A DNA stretch of 64,000 nt from Adineta vaga (taxonomy: Eukaryota; Animalia; Rotifera), in NCBI GenBank assembly GCA_021613535.1, contig CP075497.1, forward strand, positions 8,221,488 to 8,285,487. Reading direction: 5' to 3'. Of the stretch, positions 24,850 through 36,900 are shown piece after piece. Numbering within the stretch: position 1 is the stretch's first letter; each line of letters begins with the position of its first letter. Under the pieces are notes generated by a model, which searched no databases, was not told the DNA's origin, and saw only the letters and a list, made by a program, of their open reading frames with translations. The translations under genes were made by a program, and so were the position numbers.

Positions 24850-25431
24850 ATGGCGACGAAACATTTTGTACTTATTGATAGTACGCCAGAATCTCGAGCT
24901 TTAGCCTTTGCAAACGACTCTAAATTTCAATCATGGTTACGTACATATACTGATGTATCTGAAGCATTACAATTTCTATCAACAATTACATTACCATATA
25001 GTATACAAATATTTTTAGCAAGAGACAATATTTATAGTCCTGGTCTACCTTCAGAAACGAATGGTCGAAGTCTTACCTTACTTCAAACTCTTTGTGGCTT
25101 GCAAGCAATTCATCACATTAGTGTCTTTAGTCCAGATATTAGTGAGAGTGTCATCATACAAATTCGTAGTCTGTTTTCTAACCAGCAAATAATAAAAGAA
25201 ATTCTTTCTGTAAATGAACTGCATAGTTATTTGTGTTGTGAAGGTATAAATTATTTCCAGCAACAAATTACTCATCGTACGACTACACAAGAATTTCATC
25301 TTATACGTAATTTTCGACGAAATAGAGCGGAATTGATACGCGGTACCTATCAAGATCATACTGAACAAGGACAACACCTGCAAGTTCTAGAAGATGAATA
25401 CAGTGATAAACGAGGTGTACAACAGTCTTGA
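24850..25431 (+). CDS. Hypothetical protein, a possible paralogous alpha/beta repeat unit adjacent to the ART gene
   Basis: Continuous ORF from the ATG at 24850 (MATKHFVLIDSTPESRALAFANDSKF...ALQFLSTITLPYSIQIFLARDN...). Its pattern matches the units of the upstream gene: a hydrophobic strand, then S/D, then helix, then a hydrophobic strand ending in D/N. It is preceded by a strong acceptor (TTTATTTCAG at about 24826), so it could instead be a further exon of a transcript reading through from upstream. Confidence 0.4.
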   Translation: MATKHFVLIDSTPESRALAFANDSKFQSWLRTYTDVSEALQFLSTITLPYSIQIFLARDNIYSPGLPSETNGRSLTLLQTLCGLQAIHHISVFSPDISESVIIQIRSLFSNQQIIKEILSVNELHSYLCCEGINYFQQQITHRTTTQEFHLIRNFRRNRAELIRGTYQDHTEQGQHLQVLEDEYSDKRGVQQS

Positions 25432-26395
25432 CCAAATGATCATTATCGTCATTTATACAAGATCTTATTTTCAATTGTGATTTAAAACATTCTCCTAGAA
25501 TCAATTGTGTAGAGGTGTGTAATTATGGAATTTCATGTTTTCTTTGTTTCAGACTATGTAGAAAGTGTACGTTCTCTCTCTGAAAGTGAAAAATCGAACA
25601 GAATCTGTTTTTCCCTGTCAATCGTCAATATGCTCAGCGAATCTATTCATCTCCATATACAAATGTAATTTTATTTCCCAGTGTGAACATTGTGTTCAAA
25701 ATGCTTTCATCCTCCTGTGATATAAGTATTCGAGCTACTAGAGTATTTTACAATACTTGAGGTGATAAGCAGATACTTAGACAATAATAATAGCAAATAA
25801 CCATGCATTTATTTAACTTTGTGTATTTTGCACGAAACTTTGCTCATTGCTTTTATCATAGTGCACTTGTAGTGCTAGAGAATTTCTATTACATAGATAG
25901 TGTTTGTTTTGTATAATTTATTACTGCTATTTGTAAACACAAATATAACGACGGCAGGTCATTTTTATTTTTCTGTATTTTTGATGAAATCCATATTTGA
26001 AACAATAAAAGCGACGAAAAATAATGAATTTCGAATCATAATATATTTCTTTAGTATTAATCGAGAAATATCAATTAATGTTCTCTACTTATCTTCTGTT
26101 GCATCTTTACTCAAGACAAATATGAATGTGAACATCACGAAAACTTTATTTGAGATTGTCAAATGATCGATAAATGTATATATTATCTTTCAAATAACTT
26201 TACTGATGTAGATTGAAATGATTTTCTTCGATGGATATGATAGAAATCGACGTCTAGCGACTCCTTTGAACGTCGGCAACGACTGATTCTTCCAATTGCC
26301 AATAGTAAATGTCATTATGTAATCATCAGCATATCACTGTAGTAAGAATTGTCTTGTTCAATGAAATTTTCATTATCTCAAATAATAATTTGATA

Positions 26396-29300
26396 ATGAG
26401 TGGTCTAAGAAAATCATCACGGTTACGAAAACCTATTACAACAATCGATCAAAATCTTGATAATGATGATGATGATTTCGAAGACATATCGGTAAATTTG
26501 AAATCAAGAAAATCGTCGACACGTACATCCATCAAACGTCCATCAACCGATGATAATGATGATCAAGAAACAATCACACCAAAAAAGAAACAAAAGAAAA
26601 AACCATCGACAACAGCCACAAAAACATCACCATATTTTAATAATAAACCATCTGAAAAGGCAAAACCTGATTCACCTAAACCAAAAGCAAAAAAATCAGT
26701 CAAACAAAAACCTAAAACAACTACAAAAAAAGCGAATACAACTATTGATGAAAATATGGTACTATCAAATCAAACTAACAGTGTGACACGCAAAAGTAAA
26801 TAAACAATTTCAATTATTTTTCAATCAACAGAATTTTTTTATTAGCATCCAAAGGAAGTGATGACGGTAATAATAATTTTGATTCTGATTCTGATTCCGA
26901 TGAGGATGATGACGATGAAGGATGGGAAGATGTTCAATCGAAACCGAGGGAAGAAGTTGCTATTCAAAAAGTAATTCACTCATTCTTATTCCATAGATTT
27001 AATCTAGTAAATCTTTAATTATATAGTTACTCAAAGAACGTGAAGAAAGACAATCAACTATGGTTGATGGTGAAGTTGAAGTTAACTTAACTAGTGAAGA
27101 AGTCGCTGCAGCTCAAGGTAAACGAAAGAAAAATCTCAATTCAAAAGAACATCAACTAGAACTTCATTTAAAACGTGTATTAAAGAAAAATTTTCTTCAA
27201 AAACATAAGCATCATATTGTGTGTAATCTTGGTCATGGTTTTCATCTAATTAAAACATATATTCACAATCAAGAACTTAGTTCACTTATGTTATCTTTAC
27301 TCGATGAATCTATTACCAAACCTTTGATTTATAATGCTAAAACAACAAATATGAATGATATCCATCGACTTGTCAAATATTTCAATGAAGTTTTCATTGT
27401 AGTAGATAAAAATGAAAACGACGATGAGAAGAATCGACCAATAACAATCGAAAAATTACGTCAAGCAATGAGTGAACATTTAACACAATCATCATCATCA
27501 ATACGAGTGATTCTTTTTGCAATTTATGTTCGTCTACTTCGTTATGAATGTCGATTACTATTTGCTGCTGATTTACCACCAATTCGACCACGTTCTGCAA
27601 AACAAGATAAATTTCGTATACCACACGGTAGTCTCATTAAAAATATAAAGAAAACGAAAAAACAAACATTATCCGAAGATGAAAGCAGTAATAGTATGAG
27701 TAATGAAGATACATCACGTTTACATTCTCATGATCATTCATCTGATTTATCTCGTGTTGTTGCATCAAATTCATCACAATCAGTAAAAGATAATCGAGCA
27801 ATTTCACCAACACCAACAGTCGCTACATCGATAACAACGAAGTCAAAAATTCAATCACGTTCTTTACTACCACGATACTATTGGATTGAACTTTTTATTG
27901 AAACAACCGAAGATGGTTATATTCCCATTGATCTTCATACATCAAAAATTAATTCTCTAACAGAATTTGAAACAAATATTAAATTTCCTATGCTTTATAT
28001 TTGGGCATTTGATACAGATCAATCGAGTTCATATGCAAAAGATGTGACAAAAAGATATTCACAAAAATGGTTAACAACACCTTATCGTACATCTCATATT
28101 GAACATAAAACAAATGGTGATCCAAAATGGTATGAAAAATTAATGAAAAAATATCAACCGAAGGATAACAAGAAATCTAGACATTCACAATACGAAAATA
28201 AACAAATTGAAAGTATAAAGAGTTTGTTTATATTTAATCTAATCTACATTTGTGTATAATTTGTTTTAGATAAATTAGCTCAACAACCAATTCCTCAATC
28301 GAAAGCCGAACTAAATGGTCATCCATTATATGTCTTAAAATCGAAATTACTCAAATTTGAAGGCATTTATCCAAACGATACACCACCCGTCGGATGGTTT
28401 AAAGTAAGAAGATTGAACTGAACGAAATAGATATCGATTAATTGTATGAATTACATACTCGTATTTAAACATAGCTAAGAAAAGAAGTTAATATTTTTTT
28501 TGCGAATGAAAGAACCTATTTAAGAATAGTACATTAGAACTGGAACGGTCTATACTATTTAAACAGATAGCGTGTGCTCAAGAGGAATATCTTGTCGATG
28601 GGATCGTATACTTAGTAATATTTTCAGTATAATCGTCTTAAAAATGTCTAAGCATTATATCTAAATATAAACCTAATATCTATGTCATGATTAACAATTG
28701 ATGGCTACACAATAATGAAATAACCAATTTCGTTTTATTCTTTTAGGAAGAACCAATTTATCCGCGAGATAACATTCATATTTTACGTTCTAAACAAACA
28801 TGGCTTAAAGAAGCTCGACAAGTCAATTATGGTGAAGAACCATATAAAATCGTTGATGGACGAATAAAAAATGTTAGTCTTTTAAAAATCTTCTCTGTAA
28901 TTTCTTGAATTTTTGTTTTGATATTTAGATGGATCGTAAAATGGGTGTGACAACAAGACCTGAATTAGAACTATTCGGTGAATGGCAAACATCGGATTAT
29001 ATTCCGCCTGTTGCCAAAGATGGTATTGTACCGTGCAATGAATATGGCAATGTAGATTTATTCAAACCAGATATGTTACCAGTAGGCTGTGTTCATATTG
29101 TTGAACCAAATGCTGCTCGACTTTGTAAAAAATTAGGAATTAATTATGCAGAAGCTATTACTGGTAATTATCTTGAGGAAAAAAGATTTCGAAGTTCTTG
29201 ACTTTTGTTTACTCAGGTTTCGATGCACATGGTGGAGGATCACATCCGGTGATTGAAGGTATTGTGATTTGTCAAGAATTTGAACAAAGTCTACGTGTTG

Positions 29301-29527
29301 CTATTGAACAACAAAAACAAATTACACTCGAAAAAGATATCAAGAAAAAAGAAGAACGTGTTTATAAAAATTGGAGAAAACTTATTCGTGGTTTAATTAT
29401 AAAACAAAATCTTGCCCGTAAATATGCAACTGATGGTAATGATGAAGAACAATTAGCAACCGATGCCAAATACCAATGGCCAATATTACCAAAAGAAAAA
29501 AATGATAATGAAGAAGAATTCATGTAA
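26396..29527 (+). CDS. XPC: DNA repair protein XPC / Rad4 homologue
   Basis: Seven exons at 26396-26795, 26846-26970, 27027-28221, 28270-28403, 28747-28872, 28929-29163 and 29217-29527, with introns of 48-343 bp. The N-terminus is Lys/Ser-rich low complexity followed by an acidic stretch. Conserved XPC blocks include LAQQPIPQSKAELNGHPLYVLKSKLLKFEGIYP, WQTSDYIPPVAKDGIVPCNEYGNVDLFKPDMLP, and the BHD3 signature TG|FDAHGGGSHPVIEGIVICQEF, which spans a 53-bp intron. Confidence 0.85.
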
Positions 29528-32500
29528 TTCAATATTGATTTTCAACTTGTTATAAAGTTCGCTCAGATCTTTCTGGTCTATTTATTCACGCAACATATAT
29601 TTAGTTGTCTATTCTCTTTCAAATAAATAAACAATATTTTTTATATTAATTCAGATCTAAATCGTGAATTTTGCTTTCGAAGGAATATCCGACTGATTTA
29701 ATTTACTTTTTAATGATCTCGAAAAAAGACATCAGGTGAAACTTCTATATGAGAAAAGTTATTTTTATTGATTATTCATTCGTAAACTAATTAGATCATA
29801 GTGTCTATCGTATACGCTTGAAAATTTCTAGCCTATTTGCATATTTATTTTCCTTGTTTCGTCAGTTATGTAGTGTGCGTAAATATTACTCTCTGGTAGA
29901 GTCGATTGTTTTTATTCATACGCAATTTTGAAGTAAGAGAAGCTTATTCATCTTCAAGATCAACAGCACGTCATCTATGAATAATAAATTAAATATCATC
30001 ATAAGTATTAGTTATATTGATAAAACAAAGAACAAATATACTAGTTTCTTGTTATTATTTATACCGTAAAACCAACTGTTACGAGCTCACCTCTTTGTTT
30101 TTAAGGTCTTTTTATTCATCTCGTAGATAAACCATCAGTTGATGTTCCGATCGGTGCCTGAACGACTACGACTGAATCTACCGTTCAATTACAATAAACT
30201 ATTCATCGTTCAAAAAACATTTTCAAGTCTTTTTTTGTATGAGGGTGTAGGTAAGCGTGGCGTGAAAGTATGAATGTTTCTTCGTCCATTGTTCTCCACA
30301 TCATCAACCACACCTACACTTTTACCTCGTGTAGTTTGTTGTCAAGGAATTGTACTGTGTACAGAATGTTTTGTCGACGAAAAGCCTTTCAGCGAAGTAT
30401 TATGTTGACGAATTGTCCTTCGACGAAGCATTATGTCGGTGCAGATTTCTCAACAAAAATTCACCGTCAAAATGTCTGTCGCACGATTTTTCTTCACCGA
30501 TAGATTGATTCCTATAAAACCTATACTTTTTGTAAATCAAATAAAAACAGCAGAAGTGTTTTTCCAGAAAACTTTCGCATAATTTTTCTCCGCTGTGTTG
30601 CTAAATAAAAACTTCTCACACTTTCTATTTACTTGTCTGTAGGAAAGACTTCATAAACAATGAAAACATTGAGGTGCAATAGAACAATCATATTTTGGAG
30701 CAGCAAGAACGAATTATTTTTAGATTTTTTTAAAATCATTAGCCACGCAGTCTACTATCGTATTGTCATCAGATCAAATACACGTCTCAACTAACCCATT
30801 TGTAAGTAATGTATTGCTGCGTACACACGCATCTATACTTGAATTCAATGCAGTTGGTAAAACCGAAATTTGATCGTAATTTAAGATCATTAATTATTTC
30901 GACCAAAGCTTACACATTGCGAAGCAAGTTTCTTTCTTGTTTTGTACTTTTACGAATAAGAAAAACAAAATGTTTTGTCTGATTATATTTTATATAGATA
31001 ACAAATAATATTTTCGGAAAAAACGAGTACTGAAAATTCAAATTCTTTTTTAGCTGAAAAGAAGAGCAAGATTTTGTTTATCGATCATCCCGTTAATTTC
31101 TCTTCGAAATCGAATAAATCTTATCTTAAACAGTAAATGATGTGCATCGATTAAACGCAATCATTTACACAAAAATGTCAAGAAGTATTTATATCATATG
31201 CAATGAAAGTTAATCATATGAATACTATTTTTACTTTTCTATTAACCTTGAAAGTAAACTTGCCTCTTCAATAAGATACATATCAGTCATTGATAAAAAA
31301 AACACGGAGAGGATGCCTAAACTTTTGTTATCAGAAAAATGCGAACAGTGATGATAAAATAAACATTAGAAAAAACAACATTCGATTGTATAAGACTAAC
31401 CAAAGATGACTATATATACAGTCATCTGAACAGAAAAAAGGAAAGAAAGTATGACCGGATCGTTTTTTTCTCTCTCGTTGTCTATTACTTATTCTTTAAG
31501 GGAGTACATTTAGTTAGAAATGAAGAAAAAATAGAGGAAAAAAAAAGAAAAACGCATGACCTGAGTTGTTCGTTAAAACATCAAGTATATAATTGTGCTT
31601 TAGTTCATTCATGGTAAATATTCTATGACTTTTTTCATATTTATTAACATTCAAGTCTAAAGAAGATTATTTACATTTTTCTTTTAGTAGTCAATTAGTT
31701 TGTACATCGACTGGATGCTTTTTTACGTTCTATGGTATGAGTCATATGTACAGGACGATTTTATCGAACTATAGTGAAGAGGACAAATGTATGTCTTTGT
31801 GTTAGAATAGTTTCAATCAACTTATAGAAAAGATATTACGGAAAAGTTTGTCTCCTATTATGATGAGTATAAAAAAAGTTCAGTACTCATATAGATATAG
31901 AAGACTCACAAGAAGTCATACTCACGAGATGACAAACAAATGTTAATTTGACATTGAGATTGAGTTTGATTATACACCTCAAAAGTGTTATTACGCGCCG
32001 AATGGAAAGTATATTATTCAAACATGAATAAATTACTTTGAAAAAAAAAGTTGTATTTATTTATCTTCTATTACCGATTGTAGAGTCATTAGAGTTCATT
32101 TTGTCAATTTGACATTTGCCGGAAAGATACAGGTTCTTATAACATTCCATAAAGTATTAAATCTTTTTTCTTACTATTAATTTTATGAATAGTTTGACAC
32201 ACTAGATGTAAATTCTAAAGTCTCGTCATTGAATAAATGAATAGAATTTTTGAATAGAATGCTAGCAGGCAATCAATATTTGACGTGCTTTTTCAGTTAA
32301 ATCAAACAATCACGAACACATAGATTCAATAGAATTGAGATTAGATATATCATCAATAACTAGCAGACTAGACGTTATTAAACATAGAATAAAAAGAGTA
32401 TAGAAGAACAGTTTAAAAATATATCTTGTTTTTTTGTAATATCAATAGTATTGTTGTATGATTTCCTTCTTTTGACACTCATACAGTCATGTACTTGAAC

Positions 32501-32704
32501 GACAACTGACATTCCCCTACTTTTTTCATACTATTGATTATTCAAAACTGTGATGAAAGAAAGAATAGTTTTGTTCTTATTTCTTTTTTTATTCGCTTAC
32601 GGTCAAGGTCACTTTGTTCTGTATTTTCACCACTTTTTTCTGATACATATGCGTACATTCATATAATTTTCTAAATAGAGTATCACTTCAGATATTCTCG
32701 TAAA

Positions 32705-33957
32705 ATGGCTTTTACAAATTGTCAAGATAATGAAAGCAAATTTTCAGACGATTGTTTATCATCAACAATATCATCGTCAACATTAGAAATTGTCCTCGAT
32801 GATCAGTCATCCAATAATTCCGAGGATGATGAAAATTTGAATGATCATGCTAGGTATGTCAATGAATAGAATTTTCTTTGAAAAACTATTTCAATTTTAT
32901 TTAAAGACAATCAGAAGCAGGTACAACTAAACATGATGATCAATTAAACTATAGAAGAAATAAACAAACACCAATACGAGTATGTGTTTTTTCTTCTCAT
33001 ATTCGAAGAAAAAGATAATTTTGTTTCATTCTAGAATCCAAAATCTCATCGATTAATTGAAAAACGTCGTCGTGATCGTATGAATTCTTTTCTAGTTGAT
33101 TTATTAGAACTCGTTCCTCATGACAATACACATGGTCAGCGACGAATTGAAAAAACAGAAATTATCGAAATGGCGATTAAACATATTCGATATTTATTAT
33201 CAAAATTAGAAAAAAAATGTACGAAATATATCTCATAATCATTCATTCTGATGAATTTCTTTTAGCTCAAACTGATCTATCCAATTTGAACACATATCGA
33301 ATTGGTTATGGAAATGCTTTATCTGATCTGTATGATTTTCTTCATGAATATTCTGACAGTAAACATTTTTTGATGGATATAGTACAATTTTTGAAAGAAA
33401 AAGATCTCGATTTGAAAAGTCTTACTGGTTAGTGAGAATCTAAATTTTGCAATAAACAAAAACTCATGACATATTTTCCTTTAGATTTACCAGATAAAAA
33501 ACGACCAAAATACATGACAATATCAAATAAACAAACAAAATTATCTCCGGTACCATCGATCTCTCCGAAAGATCAGATTAAAAAATCCAGTTTGTCTGAT
33601 AAAGATGATGAGAGATTATGTGTGATATCCGAAGTCACGGGATCTAAATATAATGAATTAACATCATCAATGGATGAACGATCGAATTCTCATGTCAAAG
33701 TTCCAATCTTTGTTTTACATCCATCTGGTACACATTATATTCCAATGTGTATCGATGCTTCTGTTGTATCACATGTATTTGAGAAAAAATCTAATTTAAC
33801 TCATTCATCATTTACATCAAATCAAGTTCATTGTCATCCTGTCTCAATACCTGTAAATTTCAATCCTGCCATGACTCTTTCTGATCCTTACGAACTCGAT
33901 ATTCAAAATATCAATGTTATTGGTACTCGTCATCAAACCAGTGTAAGACCAAATTGA
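32705..33957 (+). CDS. bHLH-Orange transcription factor of the Hairy/E(spl)/HEY family
   Basis: Five exons at 32705-32853, 32907-32979, 33035-33218, 33266-33427 and 33486-33957. The basic-HLH region is [28 protein letters not shown]...[19 protein letters not shown] ([16 protein letters not shown] signature). An Orange-like region is [22 protein letters not shown]. The C-terminus ends ...TSVRPN rather than WRPW or YRPW. Confidence 0.8.
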
Positions 33958-36900
33958 TGATATTTAAAAGAAAAAAAACAATTTTTTTGTTTTTATTGTC
34001 GTTTTTAAATACACTTATAAGTATAAAAAGTATTATCGGTTATCTTATTTGCATCTTTTGTGAAAATCAAAATCATATAGAGATAGAAGACATGCATGGT
34101 TAGAATGTCTTGACATTGGATAAACTGAGACTAAAGAATGAAAAAAATATTTCCTCATAGGTAAAATAACCTGGTGCTATTTATAGAAAGAATGACTGAG
34201 TATGCAATTTTCGATTACCTATGGTTTTTAAGAGAACAAAAAAATTTGCTTGTTTGATTTCAATGAAAATATTTTTTTTGTTCAATATAATCAGAGGAAT
34301 TCATTTTCAAAGAACAATTACGAAGAATCGGATAGACATGTTCTTTATTGTTGCAGTAGGTTTAGTACTTATGAGTTATTAATAATGAAAAGATTATATA
34401 GACCTAACTGATTGATGAATAGAAAAGTATAGTTAGAGAAGATTAGTATGAAATGTACTTCTCTCTGTTCATTGATAGAAGTTGGACAAAAATTAAATCT
34501 TTTGAAAATAAAAGATGAATTAAACGGATTTCTTCTCTGTCATATCGATGGATATTTGTGCTTCACTCATCAAACTATGTTTTCTTCGTCAATTTTTCTT
34601 TGTTTTTATTACATCACAATGTTGGTATGATAGTTATGTGTAATGTGAATGTCGCTTTTTCTTTTACTCGATTTCTGCACATATGAAAATAACAACATGC
34701 ATGAAATTGTTTCTTTTCAAGTTAAGCAATGTGGAAATTAAATTACTACACAAGTATCAATATCGTTTTTAGTTACATAATCAATTATTTTGCGTGAGAT
34801 ACATTGAATTGATACATTTTTATCAGTATTCTTCTAGTTTCGAGGTGTTATTTCAGATGAACATGATATTGCTTTAACTGGTACATATATTTCACAGTAA
34901 TTTGAACCTATCAAATCATTCATTGAAATAACATTTTATTTTCCAATTGAACATATATTCTCTATACAATCTTGACTGATTTTGAAAGATTCACTATCAA
35001 CACTATTCATCGTTGGACAATTACAAAGAAAATAGCTATTTTCATCAAAATCATGTTCAATTATCTACATCAGTCTAGTGTAGTGAATAAATGAGCTAAA
35101 GGCAATTGCAGAATCGATTCAAGATATATTTCCTACGAAAAATATGATGACCACACATGAGCTATATCAGAATCATCATTCTTTTCCTACGAAGATGATC
35201 CTTTGCAGCTCATTAGTAACAAGGAAAGTTGATAAATATATATATATATGAGATATTCAAACGAAAATGAAAAGGAATTTATCTTCTAAACAGTTGACCT
35301 CGTTTCTTTTTGTCTACAATAAATTGATTTGTACTGAATTGAATCATCATCATTATCATATGAGAAAAATGGAGTGAAATAAATGTGTCTATAATTGAGA
35401 TCGTTTGTTATTACACAATGATTTAATTCAATTTTCTTACAAGAAAAATTCCTAACGAAATGATAATCATCTTCTATTAAGTGTTCACACATGCATTTGA
35501 CAATATCTTTAGTCGTTCTTATGTAAAGATACAATTGTCATTTGTTTCTTTTTGTGTATATATTGAAATGAGACTCTTTGCATAATTATAGGCGAAAACA
35601 ATTAGTTAAGCCTTCTGTCTCATTTTATTTGTCCGTGATTTTTATTTTCTCTCTCTCTTACTGTCTCATCGTTCGTAGTCGAACAAATAAAATAAAAAAA
35701 CTCACAGTTCAACCGCATCATTATCTAGCTATTTTCTATTCACTTAGATCATCATTCAATGTGTGAGGCAACATCTTGTTTTGTCGTTCTTATTACTCTA
35801 TACATAATGTCCGATTTCAATTGAGATGTCAAGTCTTTCTATTCTATTCGGTATTTTTTCTCATTTTTATGCATTTCTTCTTTTGTCCATATATATATCT
35901 GTACATATATGCTTAATATGTGTATGAATGAGCGTGCATACACGAGTATGTAATAATGATGAGGTTCATTGTATGCTTGAAGTGGATGAGAGGGCCATTG
36001 GACCGGTAGTCACCTGAATAGACCAGAAGTTTCACATTGTTCAAAAGAGTGAAAGTTTTTTTTTGGTAATGTTGATATATGCTCATCGTATATAAAACAA
36101 TTGAAGAATTGCCAATGATGATGATGATGATGATAAGAATAAAAAGCAAGTATAGGTATGTTGTCTGACATCACATCTGGTCAGCAGAAGTGAGCGTGAT
36201 AGAGAGTGGTGCGAACTGAATCAATTTATCATTATTAATTGAGAGAGTAGTAGAGACAAAGTGTAACACGTCCCCATGTGTTTAGAATAAAGGTGTATGG
36301 AAGATAAATTGTTGTTGATCTTTTTCGACCAAAAAAACTTGTGATTAGAGAGAAGTACGATCGATGAATATTTAGTTCATCGTTAGTTTCAAGTGAGATA
36401 TTTTTTGATTGAATTTTCTATTTGATTCTCTCGTTCTCATTCTATAACGTGGCTTGAATCGTAAGAGTATTGTCGCCATCGGCGATCTCTAATGCCGAAT
36501 CGATGTCGTAAGAAGAGACCAAGGACAGTATGATGAAGCCGGAAAAATACGAACTCTTTCTCTTTTTCTTTTCTTGCTTTAGTCGATAAATCAAGTCAAG
36601 GCCAGTTGTTTCATATCATTTTTTCAACTTTCTAACTATTTTCTTTTCTAATTCATTGATTCCATCAAATGTCATTTTCATATCTCAATTGAAATGATTT
36701 TGTCTTGAATTTTGAAGATAAAAGGAAATGTGTGATACAACCATAGATCTGAATTGTTTACTTCTTAAGAGCGCGTGTATTGATCATCAAGTGTGACAAA
36801 AGAGCGTGTGTTCTCATTAGAGTTTCATGATGCCGACCTCCTCTATTCTTTCATATTGTTTGAAGTGTACTTTTACTCTTTTTTTCTTCTTCTTCTTTTG

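Noticed and set aside
26550-26786. A 78-aa His/Lys/Gln-rich ORF in an alternate frame overlapping the XPC first exon
   Set aside because: It is a shadow ORF of the lysine-rich XPC N-terminal region (AAA/AAG/CAA-rich) and has no independent start context.
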